In this document: one piece after another, positions 21,094 through 29,802 of the stretch
Layout of the letters: each line of letters starts with the position of its first letter
How positions within the stretch are numbered: the first letter of the stretch is position 1
Source: a bacterium
GTDB taxonomy: Bacteria; SZUA-182; DTGQ01; JAFGSM01
Assembly: GCA_049472315.1 (NCBI GenBank)
Contig: JBLIRN010000005.1
Span: forward strand, 1 to 64,000
Direction of reading: 5' to 3'
Length of the DNA: 64,000 nt
Made by a program: the position numbers and the translations under genes
The notes under the pieces: model-generated
Told to the model about the DNA's origin: nothing
The model's database searches: none
Seen by the model: only the letters and a program-made list of their open reading frames with translations

Positions 21094-22479
21094 ATGGCTC
21101 ATAAAACGAAGATCATGTTTATCGACGACATCGAGGCCACAAGAAATCTCTTCCTCACCGTTGCGTCGAACAGAAAAGGCTTTACGGTCGCCACCGCCGA
21201 GGATGGCGCGGACGCCCTGCACAAACTGAAAAAATTCCCCGCGGAGGTCGTCATAACCGACGTCATGATGCCCAATATGGACGGCATGATGCTTCTTGAA
21301 AACATCAAGAAGAAATATCCGAATACCCTGGTGCTGCTCATCACGGGATACGGCACCATCAAGAATGCGGTCGAGGCCATGAAGGCCGGCGCATTCGATT
21401 ATATCCTGAAACCATTTGACTTTGATTGGCTTCTCGACAGGATCGAGAAGATCGCCCTCAACCGATTCGATGCCGGGGCGGAGGGCCGTCACGCGAAAAA
21501 GGACGGCATCGACTACAGCTTCGAGAATATCATCGGGCAGGATCAGAAGATGCTGCGCATCTATGAGATGATCACACAGGTGGCCCCGACCAATGCATCC
21601 GTTCTGGTCACCGGGGAAAGCGGCACCGGGAAGGAGCTTATAGCGGAGGCCATCCACTACCGGAGCCTCAGGCGGAACGGACCGTTTATAAAGCTGAACA
21701 TCGCCGGCCTCACCGAAGGGCTCATCAACAGCGAGTTGTTCGGCCATGAAAGGGGTGCCTTCACCGGCGCGATGGTCCAAAAAAGGGGGATCCTGGAGCT
21801 GGCCGACTCAGGCACGGTGTTTCTCGACGAGATCGGCGATCTCCCCGTATCCGTGCAGATCTCCCTCCTGCGTTTCCTCGAGCAAAGGACATTCCACCGC
21901 GTGGGCGGCACCCAGGTTGTCGAGGTCGATACGCGTATCGTGTGCGCGACAAACAGGGACCTCCCCCGGTTGATCAAACAGGGTCTCTTCAGGGAGGACC
22001 TCTTTTACCGGATCAATGTGATTCCCATCAGAATACCCCCCCTGCGGGAGAGGAAATCGGACATCCCGCTTCTTGCCCATTATTTCCTGGAAAAATACTC
22101 CAGGGAAAACGGAAAGAGCATATCACGCATCTCCAAGCCCTCGATGGATATATTGTCCGAGTATGCCTGGCCCGGAAACATCAGGCAACTGGCAAACATT
22201 ATGGAGCAGGCCGTCATCTTCTGCAAAAAGAACATGATAACCCCTGAATGCCTTTCCGAAGAGATAATGCAGGGCCTTGAAAAAACCGATTTCTCCCTTT
22301 TTATCTCGTCACGGTCCCTGCCTCAGACCGAACTGATGCTCATCATGAAGGTCCTCGAGGAAAAGAACTGGAACCTGAACCAGACCGCACAATCACTGCA
22401 GATCGCCCGCAACACCTTGTACAGCAAGATGAGAAAATACGGGCTCACACGCCCCCCCTGCAGTCCTGCCTGCGAATAG
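21094..22479 (+). CDS. Sigma54-dependent (NtrC-family) response regulator
   Basis: REC, GESGTGKE, GAFTGA, FLDEIG, WPGNIRQL and a Fis-type HTH. Confidence 0.95.
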   Translation: MAHKTKIMFIDDIEATRNLFLTVASNRKGFTVATAEDGADALHKLKKFPAEVVITDVMMPNMDGMMLLENIKKKYPNTLVLLITGYGTIKNAVEAMKAGAFDYILKPFDFDWLLDRIEKIALNRFDAGAEGRHAKKDGIDYSFENIIGQDQKMLRIYEMITQVAPTNASVLVTGESGTGKELIAEAIHYRSLRRNGPFIKLNIAGLTEGLINSELFGHERGAFTGAMVQKRGILELADSGTVFLDEIGDLPVSVQISLLRFLEQRTFHRVGGTQVVEVDTRIVCATNRDLPRLIKQGLFREDLFYRINVIPIRIPPLRERKSDIPLLAHYFLEKYSRENGKSISRISKPSMDILSEYAWPGNIRQLANIMEQAVIFCKKNMITPECLSEEIMQGLEKTDFSLFISSRSLPQTELMLIMKVLEEKNWNLNQTAQSLQIARNTLYSKMRKYGLTRPPCSPACE

Positions 22480-22523
22480 ATCGATCCCCGACCCCGCCTG
22501 CGAATAGATCAATCGCCGATCCG
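22468..22523. repeat. Imperfect 28-bp tandem duplication spanning the regulator stop codon
   Basis: GCCTGCGAATAGATCGATCCCCGACCCC followed by GCCTGCGAATAGATCAATCGCCGATCCG. Confidence 0.8.
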
Positions 22524-22598
22524 CGCAATCCCGCGCACTTTCACGCCCTGCCGATTGATCCTCATACCGCTTCCCATCGTATTTATTAATGAGGCAGG

Positions 22599-22727
22599 TG
22601 ACCTTTTTTGAGCACTCCACGTTTGCCTGCTCCCACGGCATGCGCCACATTATTGCCTTTAATATCAGTCAGTTGACATAAAACTTGATCGCATCCCATG
22701 AAAACCACATGACCTTTTTTGAGCACT
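22599..22727. promoter_or_regulatory. Two identical 18-mers, likely enhancer (UAS) sites
   Basis: TGACCTTTTTTGAGCACT at 22599-22616 and 22710-22727, upstream of a -24/-12 promoter. Confidence 0.7.
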
Positions 22728-22831
22728 GCTCCGGCATTCCCTCCATAAAGCCAAGAAATTCATATGCGACCAAGGAATGTGCCCTCACCCAACCCCTTGA
22801 TATCTAAGACAATTAATCCCATGCGCCTCGG

Positions 22832-22846
22832 TGGCACCCCTCTTGC
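22832..22846 (+). promoter_or_regulatory. Sigma54 (-24/-12) promoter
   Basis: TGGCAC-CCCTC-TTGC, an exact TGGCAC-N5-TTGC match. Confidence 0.85.
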
Positions 22847-22904
22847 CTTTATGGGTCATGGAATTAGATCATGGATTCGGAACAAATCGAAAAGGGAGGA
22901 TGTA

Positions 22905-23387
22905 ATGAAAAAGGGGTTGATCATCGCTGTGATTATCATGCTTTTGTCGTCATACGCATTCATGTTGTGCGCATCAAATGCCGTCCGCGACAAAATGACC
23001 GACGAGGTAGCGGCGGTCAACGAGATCGCCCTGAGCGGAGGCGATGTATTGCTCACCATCGATTCCTCCGCTCTGAAAGGGGATTGCCAAAAAATCAGGA
23101 GCAAAGAGGCATGCAGCCTTATCTGGACGACAAGCCAATCGAACAAGAAGATCACCATTGAAACTGATCAACCGGCGCCCAATGCCGGCTTAACCGCGTC
23201 CGCCCTGAATGTCCAAGGTGGTATCCCGGAGCCGGAGGTGAAGGTCTGCGCCCACCCCGTTGACTTCATCACCGGCATATCGGAGACTACGGGTGGATGC
23301 GATTTGATCTATGTGGCAAATGTCACATCCGAAACATCCGATGGCGTCGATTCCCACAACATCACCTACACCCTAACGGATTTGTGA
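22905..23387 (+). CDS. Secreted beta-rich protein, possibly fimbrial-subunit-like
   Basis: RBS GGGAGG, signal peptide and C-terminal ITYTLTDL strand. Confidence 0.7.
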   Translation: MKKGLIIAVIIMLLSSYAFMLCASNAVRDKMTDEVAAVNEIALSGGDVLLTIDSSALKGDCQKIRSKEACSLIWTTSQSNKKITIETDQPAPNAGLTASALNVQGGIPEPEVKVCAHPVDFITGISETTGGCDLIYVANVTSETSDGVDSHNITYTLTDL

Positions 23388-23408
23388 AATGGACCTGCAT
23401 CGGATTTT

Positions 23409-23639
23409 ATGGTCAATAACAAGACAACGGAGAACGCTGGGATGGAAAGTGACCTGAAATCCAAGTCAGGACCCGTTGCCGTGTGGCTGGGAGCAGCCAT
23501 CCTGACGATAGGATTCATGGCAATGCTTGAGACCAACATGGTGAGTTGGGGTTCTGATATGCTTGTCAGTGCAGCAGGTATTGTGACAGCCTTGATACTT
23601 TTTAGATTCATCACAACGAAAACTCATTTTACTGACTGA
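23409..23639 (+). CDS. Small 2-TM hypothetical protein
   Basis: Two hydrophobic segments. Start is uncertain. Confidence 0.4.
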   Translation: MVNNKTTENAGMESDLKSKSGPVAVWLGAAILTIGFMAMLETNMVSWGSDMLVSAAGIVTALILFRFITTKTHFTD

Positions 23640-23720
23640 GCTGATCGCTATTGGAATTTCGGTTTGTTTTCTCCTGATTTGACTTATGCTATCATATAGC
23701 ATCGAAATATATGGTAACCA

Positions 23721-23828
23721 ACAGGAAATAATGAAATAAGCATGCAGCAACCGGGGACATTATTCCCCTCTTGAGATTAAAATAACAATAAGTGGAAATT
23801 CCCTCCAGCCACAGGGGGTGATATGCTG
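23721..23828 (+). repeat. Non-coding leader repeat, copy 1
   Basis: Ungapped match to 24981-25088 (84/108 identical by hand count). Ends in GGGGTGATATGCTG. Confidence 0.9.
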
Positions 23829-23885
23829 GGAGAGCCTTCCGTTTATTGTAATGTTCCGTGTACAAAATAAATGGGAGGATGCATT

Positions 23886-24947
23886 ATGGCTGATAAAGAC
23901 AAATCCCAGACAGAGACAGAGGCCCTGCCAACACCTGCGACTGGACCATTGGTCTTCATTAGTCACGATAGCCGCGACGCAGATTTGGCAGAGGCTTTCA
24001 GCAAGTTGCTTCGTAGCGTTAGCGCAGGGATGCTTAAGACCTTCAGGTCGTCTGACAAGAAAGGAACCGAAGGAATTAATTTCGGTGATGAGTGGTACAA
24101 AAGGCTTATGGCCAATTTGCAGTCAACATCCGACGTCGTTTGCCTTTTCACAGAAAGAAGTTTGGACCGCCCTTGGATCCTCTATGAGGCTGGCGTTGCA
24201 AAGGGTAAGCTGAACACTCCAGTCTTTGGCATTGCCTTGGGTGTCCCTCTTACTCGCGTTAGTACAGGGCCTTTCTACCAGTTTCAGAACTGCGATGACA
24301 GCGAGGGTGATCTTACCAAACTCGTCAACCAACTTGCTCGACGCATTCCAACACTTGAGCTTGATACCGATGTAGTAAAAGCTCAAGTGACTGCCTTTAA
24401 GAAAGCAGAGGACGAAATCCTAAAGAAACTTGCATCTAAAGAAGGGAAAAAAAACGCAGAGGCGGCAGATGGTAATCCCATCGCCAAACTCGTCGAGGAA
24501 ATGAAGTCTTTGCCCTCACGTGTAGCGGAGAGAATGATGGAAGGCGCCGATCCGTTTCGGAGAAGTTTGCCACGTCGGTTTCACCCGCGTATGATTGAGG
24601 AAATGCTGCATATATATGGTGACGCAGCTGACCCGGTCGGTATCCTAATGATGGCAAGTATGATTCGAGATAGCGCACCTTGGCTATACGAACTTGCGAT
24701 GGAGGTTTATCGTGCCGTTAAGTCCGGCGACCCGGCAGCAATACACAGTGAGATGTCGCGGCTTCGTCGTTTCAGCGAATTGATTATGCGCAGTCCATTT
24801 ATGGAAGAGTTTAGCGTGGGTAGTATGGAAGACCACATGTTTTTCAACGAGTTCCCGAGGATGCTTGAAAAGATGTTGCGGTACTCACTTCAGCAGAAAA
24901 AAACTCCAATTCGCCGAAGACGTCTGACTAAACCATCAGAGCAGTAG
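23886..24947 (+). CDS. TIR-domain protein with a helical C-terminal extension
   Basis: LVFISHDSRD, GDEW, SDVVCLFT and SLDRPWILYEAG (catalytic Glu position). RBS GGGAGG. Confidence 0.9.
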   Translation: MADKDKSQTETEALPTPATGPLVFISHDSRDADLAEAFSKLLRSVSAGMLKTFRSSDKKGTEGINFGDEWYKRLMANLQSTSDVVCLFTERSLDRPWILYEAGVAKGKLNTPVFGIALGVPLTRVSTGPFYQFQNCDDSEGDLTKLVNQLARRIPTLELDTDVVKAQVTAFKKAEDEILKKLASKEGKKNAEAADGNPIAKLVEEMKSLPSRVAERMMEGADPFRRSLPRRFHPRMIEEMLHIYGDAADPVGILMMASMIRDSAPWLYELAMEVYRAVKSGDPAAIHSEMSRLRRFSELIMRSPFMEEFSVGSMEDHMFFNEFPRMLEKMLRYSLQQKKTPIRRRRLTKPSEQ

Positions 24948-24980
24948 TAAAGCAAAACAAATATCGCAATATGCGGGAAA

Positions 24981-25088
24981 ACAAGGAATAATGAAATAAG
25001 CATCCAGCAACCAGATTCATTTTCCCCATCTTGCGATTAATACCATAAAAATCGGAAACTTCGTCCACCCATACGGGGTGATATGCTG
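24981..25088 (+). repeat. Non-coding leader repeat, copy 2
   Basis: Matches copy 1 at an offset of 1260 bp. Confidence 0.9.
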
Positions 25089-25145
25089 ATCATTTTCTAT
25101 TTAGCGCTTTTGGCGGGACCATGATGAAGCTATCAGAGGATCGAA

Positions 25146-26024
25146 ATGAAATGGATTAAGGATGTTCTTGCCGATGCGAAGGCAGTCTTCTTGGCACCGG
25201 TTACCAATGTCCTGTGTATCGCCGGGATAGTCTTTCTTTTCATCTCTTTTCTTGACTATGACAAGACATCGGGGATTACTCTCCATGGTCAGATTCACGC
25301 TGGCCAAGCCATTGCCGGATTTGTTCTTCTCCTTGTCGGAGTGCTTCTATTTCTCATAACGAACAGGGCTCGTGCCAAGAGTTCTCACCTCGACTACGAC
25401 AAGGGCATACAGATCACGCGTGGAAAGCTTGCGATCCGAATCCAAACAGGGGAAATTCAATCCATCTCCGCTTCAACAAGGAATGCCGCTATTGTCTTGC
25501 CCGCCAACACGACGTTTGTTGATGATTGCGCAGCCGACAAGCGGACGGCAATGGGTGCCTTCTTTCTAGAGAGATTTCCTGAGAAGGTCGCTACGCTCCC
25601 CACCATTTTCCAGGATATCCTGACGTCAAATGGGCTTTACCCTGACGCAAATGGACAATTCATGGTGGGGACAACCATTATGCTGCCGGATGAATTCGCC
25701 AAACCAGCAAAAGTGGTGATTACAGCTTCGAGTGTCCGAATTGCAGGGACAGGTTTCAGCAGCAGCCCACACGTCATTTGCAAATGCGTAGAGAACATCC
25801 TTAAGTGTACAGCCGACCAACGCATTGATACTATCTATTTGCCAATTCTTGGCAGCGGGCATGGAGGCGTTGAGAGAGGTATAGCATTGCTCTTCCTGCT
25901 TCTGGCGTTCCTCCATTTCGATAGAGCGTACCATCACATCAGACTCGTTCAGATAGTAGTGCACCCAAGGGACGTTGTAAGCTTGAATCAATGCAAGGAG
26001 TTGGCACAAATAGTGGCCCTTTAG
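25146..26024 (+). CDS. Two-TM + Macro-domain protein (Thoeris ThsA type II-like effector)
   Basis: Two N-terminal TM helices, then IRIQTGEI, AIVLPANTTF, GTT, TIYLPILGSGHGG and VQIVV, which match the Macro-fold motifs. Confidence 0.8.
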   Translation: MKWIKDVLADAKAVFLAPVTNVLCIAGIVFLFISFLDYDKTSGITLHGQIHAGQAIAGFVLLLVGVLLFLITNRARAKSSHLDYDKGIQITRGKLAIRIQTGEIQSISASTRNAAIVLPANTTFVDDCAADKRTAMGAFFLERFPEKVATLPTIFQDILTSNGLYPDANGQFMVGTTIMLPDEFAKPAKVVITASSVRIAGTGFSSSPHVICKCVENILKCTADQRIDTIYLPILGSGHGGVERGIALLFLLLAFLHFDRAYHHIRLVQIVVHPRDVVSLNQCKELAQIVAL

Positions 26025-26034
26025 GAGTGCCGAT

Positions 26035-26421
26035 ATGATTCTGTACCATTACACGTCAAAGGCCGCGTTTGATCAGATCACGAAGACCGGCAAACTATTG
26101 CCAACAGACCCATGGACAACAATGGACAAGGCCTATGGGCACGGTTGGTATTTCACCGACCTTGCTCCCGATAAGTGTGACGCTTGGACTGTTGCCCATT
26201 GCTGGCGAACCGTGTCCGAATTTGATAAGGTGCAGTGTTATCTAAAGTTTGAGATCCCCGACGATGTCGCAAGATACTGTCGTGAGCATGTTTATATGCT
26301 CTCAACGTGGGATAATCGAATCAGATACATAGAGGGAAAAGAGACACCGAAGTGTAGCAAGGGTTCCTGCTTCCTATGCGAAGTCATGACTAAGATAAAG
26401 CAGTTTCTCGGGATAAAATAG
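26035..26421 (+). CDS. Small ADP-ribosyltransferase, Tox-ART-HYD1-like
   Basis: LYHYTS (His), D-x-x-YGHGWYFTDLAP (Tyr) and a C-terminal CSKGSCFLC. RBS AGGAG overlaps the upstream stop. Confidence 0.75.
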   Translation: MILYHYTSKAAFDQITKTGKLLPTDPWTTMDKAYGHGWYFTDLAPDKCDAWTVAHCWRTVSEFDKVQCYLKFEIPDDVARYCREHVYMLSTWDNRIRYIEGKETPKCSKGSCFLCEVMTKIKQFLGIK

Positions 26422-26426
26422 AGTGC

Positions 26427-26484
26427 CGCCAACAACCGACTGCAGTAGACAGCGTTCCGCTGCCGCTGAGCCGAAACGTCGGGC
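26427..26484 (+). mobile_element. Integron attC-like site
   Basis: CGCCAAC-AACCGACTGCAGTAGACAGCGTTCCGCTGCCGCTGAGCCGAAAC-GTCGGGC. 58 bp imperfect inverted repeat immediately after a stop codon. R' is GTC rather than GTT. Confidence 0.75.
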
Positions 26485-26536
26485 GTTTACATCATTATCC
26501 ATTACGTTAGATTTTTAGGCTATAGCGGAGACTTAA

Positions 26537-27679
26537 GTGATTGATCCTGCAAGCCAAGCGCAATTAAAAGAAGTGATCCGTGATTGCATTGGAAGCGATA
26601 AGGGAGTTTTAGATGCGTTACGTGAAGAGATTCGCCCTTTGAAGAACGCTACTCGGCGAATTCAGCCGCGCACCACGACGTCGATTTCTTTGGTCGGCAC
26701 CGACGGCGGCAACAATCAACTCCAGTTCGATCCTTTTTTGATCCAGATTGTCCGGGTGGTAGACAGCAGCAACAACGAATATTGCCTGGAAGTGGTCTCG
26801 CCCACAACGCCAATCCATAAACTCAACGAACGTCAGGTTGCCCCAGACGGCTCGCCCCACACTGCACTGGGCGAAATGATGATTTTTCTCGGTATAAATA
26901 GCTTGCCCGAGATTTCTCACATGATCCGACCAACCGAAGAGGGTAAGCCGATTTCACCCAGTTGGGTTCAAGTTTACCGCGAACTGGTCGAGTGGGCCAT
27001 CTTATTTGCCATTCTCAAGAAGGATTTCGGCACAGATACCCTGATCGTCTGCGACGGACTCCTGCGCAGCAAGGTATTCGCCAAGGACTTGTTCCAGCGA
27101 CTGCTCCGAGGAATGAAAGAGCGTATCGATACACAATGGGATAGGAGTCGCCGCCGGGTGTATCTCGCGGGCGTGGCCAAGCACAGCAAGGTTCTCTCAC
27201 GATATCGCATGGCAATGGCCCTGGAAGGCGTACTTCAGACCGATTACCCCGCCTACGTGGAGGTGCCGCGCGAGGTTGAGGAGAAGGCTTACGTTTGGTC
27301 GGAATTCGCGCGAGGCGATGATCGCGCCGGAGAGGGTGGTGAGATAAATAAGTTTGTCGGCGGTAAGATGTTTCTGGTGAAATTTGGCTCCCACATGCGC
27401 GATCCAGTCTGGCCGGTGGATATCTTTGTGCCCCAGATCGGCGATTCTCAGACCATTCTGGGTTCGATGCTGGCCGATGCGATCAATGGCTTTCCGGTGC
27501 CGTACTACCCACGTTGTCTGCAGAAGGCGCATGAGAATGCAGCTCTAGTCGATTTTGATTTCGACATCCTGCAGGACTACATTTACGAAGGTGTTCGATC
27601 GAGTCTTGGCAGCGACGCGGAGACTTTGGATGCATTCCAGTTTCATGATGCCGATCCCGCACAACGCCGGTATAGATAA
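26537..27679 (+). CDS. nurA: NurA-like nuclease (RNase H fold)
   Basis: LVGTDGG, LIVCDGLL, LAGVAKHS and YPRCLQKAHENA. Directly upstream of HerA. Confidence 0.75.
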   Translation: MIDPASQAQLKEVIRDCIGSDKGVLDALREEIRPLKNATRRIQPRTTTSISLVGTDGGNNQLQFDPFLIQIVRVVDSSNNEYCLEVVSPTTPIHKLNERQVAPDGSPHTALGEMMIFLGINSLPEISHMIRPTEEGKPISPSWVQVYRELVEWAILFAILKKDFGTDTLIVCDGLLRSKVFAKDLFQRLLRGMKERIDTQWDRSRRRVYLAGVAKHSKVLSRYRMAMALEGVLQTDYPAYVEVPREVEEKAYVWSEFARGDDRAGEGGEINKFVGGKMFLVKFGSHMRDPVWPVDIFVPQIGDSQTILGSMLADAINGFPVPYYPRCLQKAHENAALVDFDFDILQDYIYEGVRSSLGSDAETLDAFQFHDADPAQRRYR

Positions 27680-27691
27680 AGGGAGAACAAT

Positions 27692-29800
27692 ATGGCAGAA
27701 ATCCAACTCTTTCCCAGGGAACAGGTCGTTGGAATTTTCCGGGGTTTCCAACAAGGGGGTATGGAGTTCCACGCCGATTTGGTATTGCCGTATCGGAACG
27801 AGTTCCAGAACATCCCGATGCACGGGCAGTTTCTTCTTGTCCAATTGGAGACCCCTGATGAGGCCGTGTTAGGACGCATCGCATCGTTCTCCTCAGAAGG
27901 CAAGCTGTCATTTGGCTCCGGCGAAGAGTTCAACATCCGCGCAGTGCGTGAAGATCGCCCTATCCCAGAAGATTTGCGCGAGCAGTACCTCAAGTACCGG
28001 GTGAACATCCGCGTGTTGGGTGTCTTGCGAAAGAATGGTAAGGGGCTGACCTTTGTGCCGTCACACCGCCGCCTGCCACATGTGGGTAGCAAGGTGGCCT
28101 TTCCCGCTAACGATGTGTTACGTGAAATTGCTGGGCACAATATCGATGGCGCACCTATTGGGCATCTCGCTTTTGGAGAGTATATTTATGCTGCGGGGAA
28201 CAAACAATTCGAAGCCCAGGAGTGGATGCAGATCATTCAGCCTGAAGTAATGGTTCGTTTTCCCATCGACTCATTGGTGTCCCGTCGCAGTTTCGTTTTC
28301 GCCCGAGCTGGTTTCGGTAAGTCGAACCTCAATAAGCTGCTGTTCAGCAAGCTTTACGAGATCACACCCTATGTCACAAAACGAAACGAGAAACGTGTAC
28401 CAGTGGGTACGGTCATCTTCGATCCCGATGGCGAATACTTCTGGCCAGACGACAATGGGCGGCCAGGCTTGTGTGACGTGCCAAACCTTGAAGACAAACT
28501 GGTGGTATTCACCGAGCGCAAGAATCCAAGCCCTTTCTATCAATCCTTCGTTGCCGGTGGGATCCGGCTCGACATCCGTCGCCTAAGGCCTGCAGATGTG
28601 ATTGCAATCGCCCTGGGACACGAACGACAAGAGCAGCAGAATGTACGGAAACTACGCGGACTTCCGCAAGATCGGTGGGAGTCGTTGGTCAACTTGATCG
28701 ACACCAACGGCAACACCACGCCGATTGAGGAAATATGCGGACTTCTCGACCTTGATCTTCAACGGCAAGAGGCCGAGGCCCTGGCTGCCAGGGGCAACAT
28801 GACGGCAATTGTTAAAATGCTTCATGACAAGAGCAGCCAGCTTATGGATATGCTTGTTCATGCACTGTCCGAGGGGAAATTATGTGTCATTGATGTCTCC
28901 CAGATGCGTGGCGGCCAGTCACTGGTTCTCTCTGGTTTGATCCTTCGACGCATTTTCGATCGCAACCAGCAGGAATTCACGGCGGCCGATCCAAAGACGA
29001 TTCCTACCATTGCGGTTGTCGAAGAGGCACAGTCGGTACTGAATGAAAATGCATTGGCTGCGGAACCCTATATCACTTGGGTGAAGGAAGGCCGTAAGTA
29101 CGACTTGGGCGCTCTGCTGATTACCCAGCAACCAGGCAGCATACCGGTTGAGATCCTCAGTCAGGGTGATAACTGGTTCATCTTCCACCTGTTGTCTGCG
29201 TCCGATCTTAGCTCGCTGAAGAGAGCCAACGCCCATTTCAGCGACGATCTCTTGAGTTCCCTTCTCAATGAGCCTATTCCCGGTCAGGGTGTGTTTTGGA
29301 GTTCGGTTGGCGGTAAACCATACCCGGTCAGCCTCCGTGCTTTGTCATTCGAGAAGATGTTCTCGATGCGTGACCATGACTATAACCAGCCCCCCGGCCA
29401 CACCTATGCGTTGTCCCTGCGCAAAACCTTTTCCGATATGAGGCAGATCGTTACGAAAGTTTGTATTTCTGATACTGAGAAAACGAGCGTCTTGCTCTCC
29501 GCTGAAGCAGAGGAATCTGAACCGACGGACGTTATGGCAAACATTGAGCAGCTCGCAATTGATGCCTTACGTGCCGATTCCAAATTGATTGCGAAGATCG
29601 AGTCAACAGATGGTGCAGCATGGGGTTCGATCAAGGCGTTTTTTCTCGACAAGCTACCGCCGCATCTGGACGATAGAGATAACTTTGCATTTCGACTTGT
29701 GAAAAAGGCACTGAACCATCTCTATGGTCCACAAGACCAGGGATGGGAGCAATACCGCCATCCTACCCGGAACACTGCCTACGTTAGAAAAAGAGGTTAA
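27692..29800 (+). CDS. herA: HerA/FtsK-like ATPase (DUF87)
   Basis: N-terminal barrel region, Walker A ARAGFGKS, IFDPDGEY, Walker B VVEEAQ and EGRKYDLGALLITQQP. Confidence 0.9.
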   Translation: MAEIQLFPREQVVGIFRGFQQGGMEFHADLVLPYRNEFQNIPMHGQFLLVQLETPDEAVLGRIASFSSEGKLSFGSGEEFNIRAVREDRPIPEDLREQYLKYRVNIRVLGVLRKNGKGLTFVPSHRRLPHVGSKVAFPANDVLREIAGHNIDGAPIGHLAFGEYIYAAGNKQFEAQEWMQIIQPEVMVRFPIDSLVSRRSFVFARAGFGKSNLNKLLFSKLYEITPYVTKRNEKRVPVGTVIFDPDGEYFWPDDNGRPGLCDVPNLEDKLVVFTERKNPSPFYQSFVAGGIRLDIRRLRPADVIAIALGHERQEQQNVRKLRGLPQDRWESLVNLIDTNGNTTPIEEICGLLDLDLQRQEAEALAARGNMTAIVKMLHDKSSQLMDMLVHALSEGKLCVIDVSQMRGGQSLVLSGLILRRIFDRNQQEFTAADPKTIPTIAVVEEAQSVLNENALAAEPYITWVKEGRKYDLGALLITQQPGSIPVEILSQGDNWFIFHLLSASDLSSLKRANAHFSDDLLSSLLNEPIPGQGVFWSSVGGKPYPVSLRALSFEKMFSMRDHDYNQPPGHTYALSLRKTFSDMRQIVTKVCISDTEKTSVLLSAEAEESEPTDVMANIEQLAIDALRADSKLIAKIESTDGAAWGSIKAFFLDKLPPHLDDRDNFAFRLVKKALNHLYGPQDQGWEQYRHPTRNTAYVRKRG

Positions 29801-29802
29801 CA

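Noticed and set aside
23721..25088. 108-bp repeats as a CRISPR array
   Set aside because: Only two long, diverged copies separated by a whole gene, and no cas genes.
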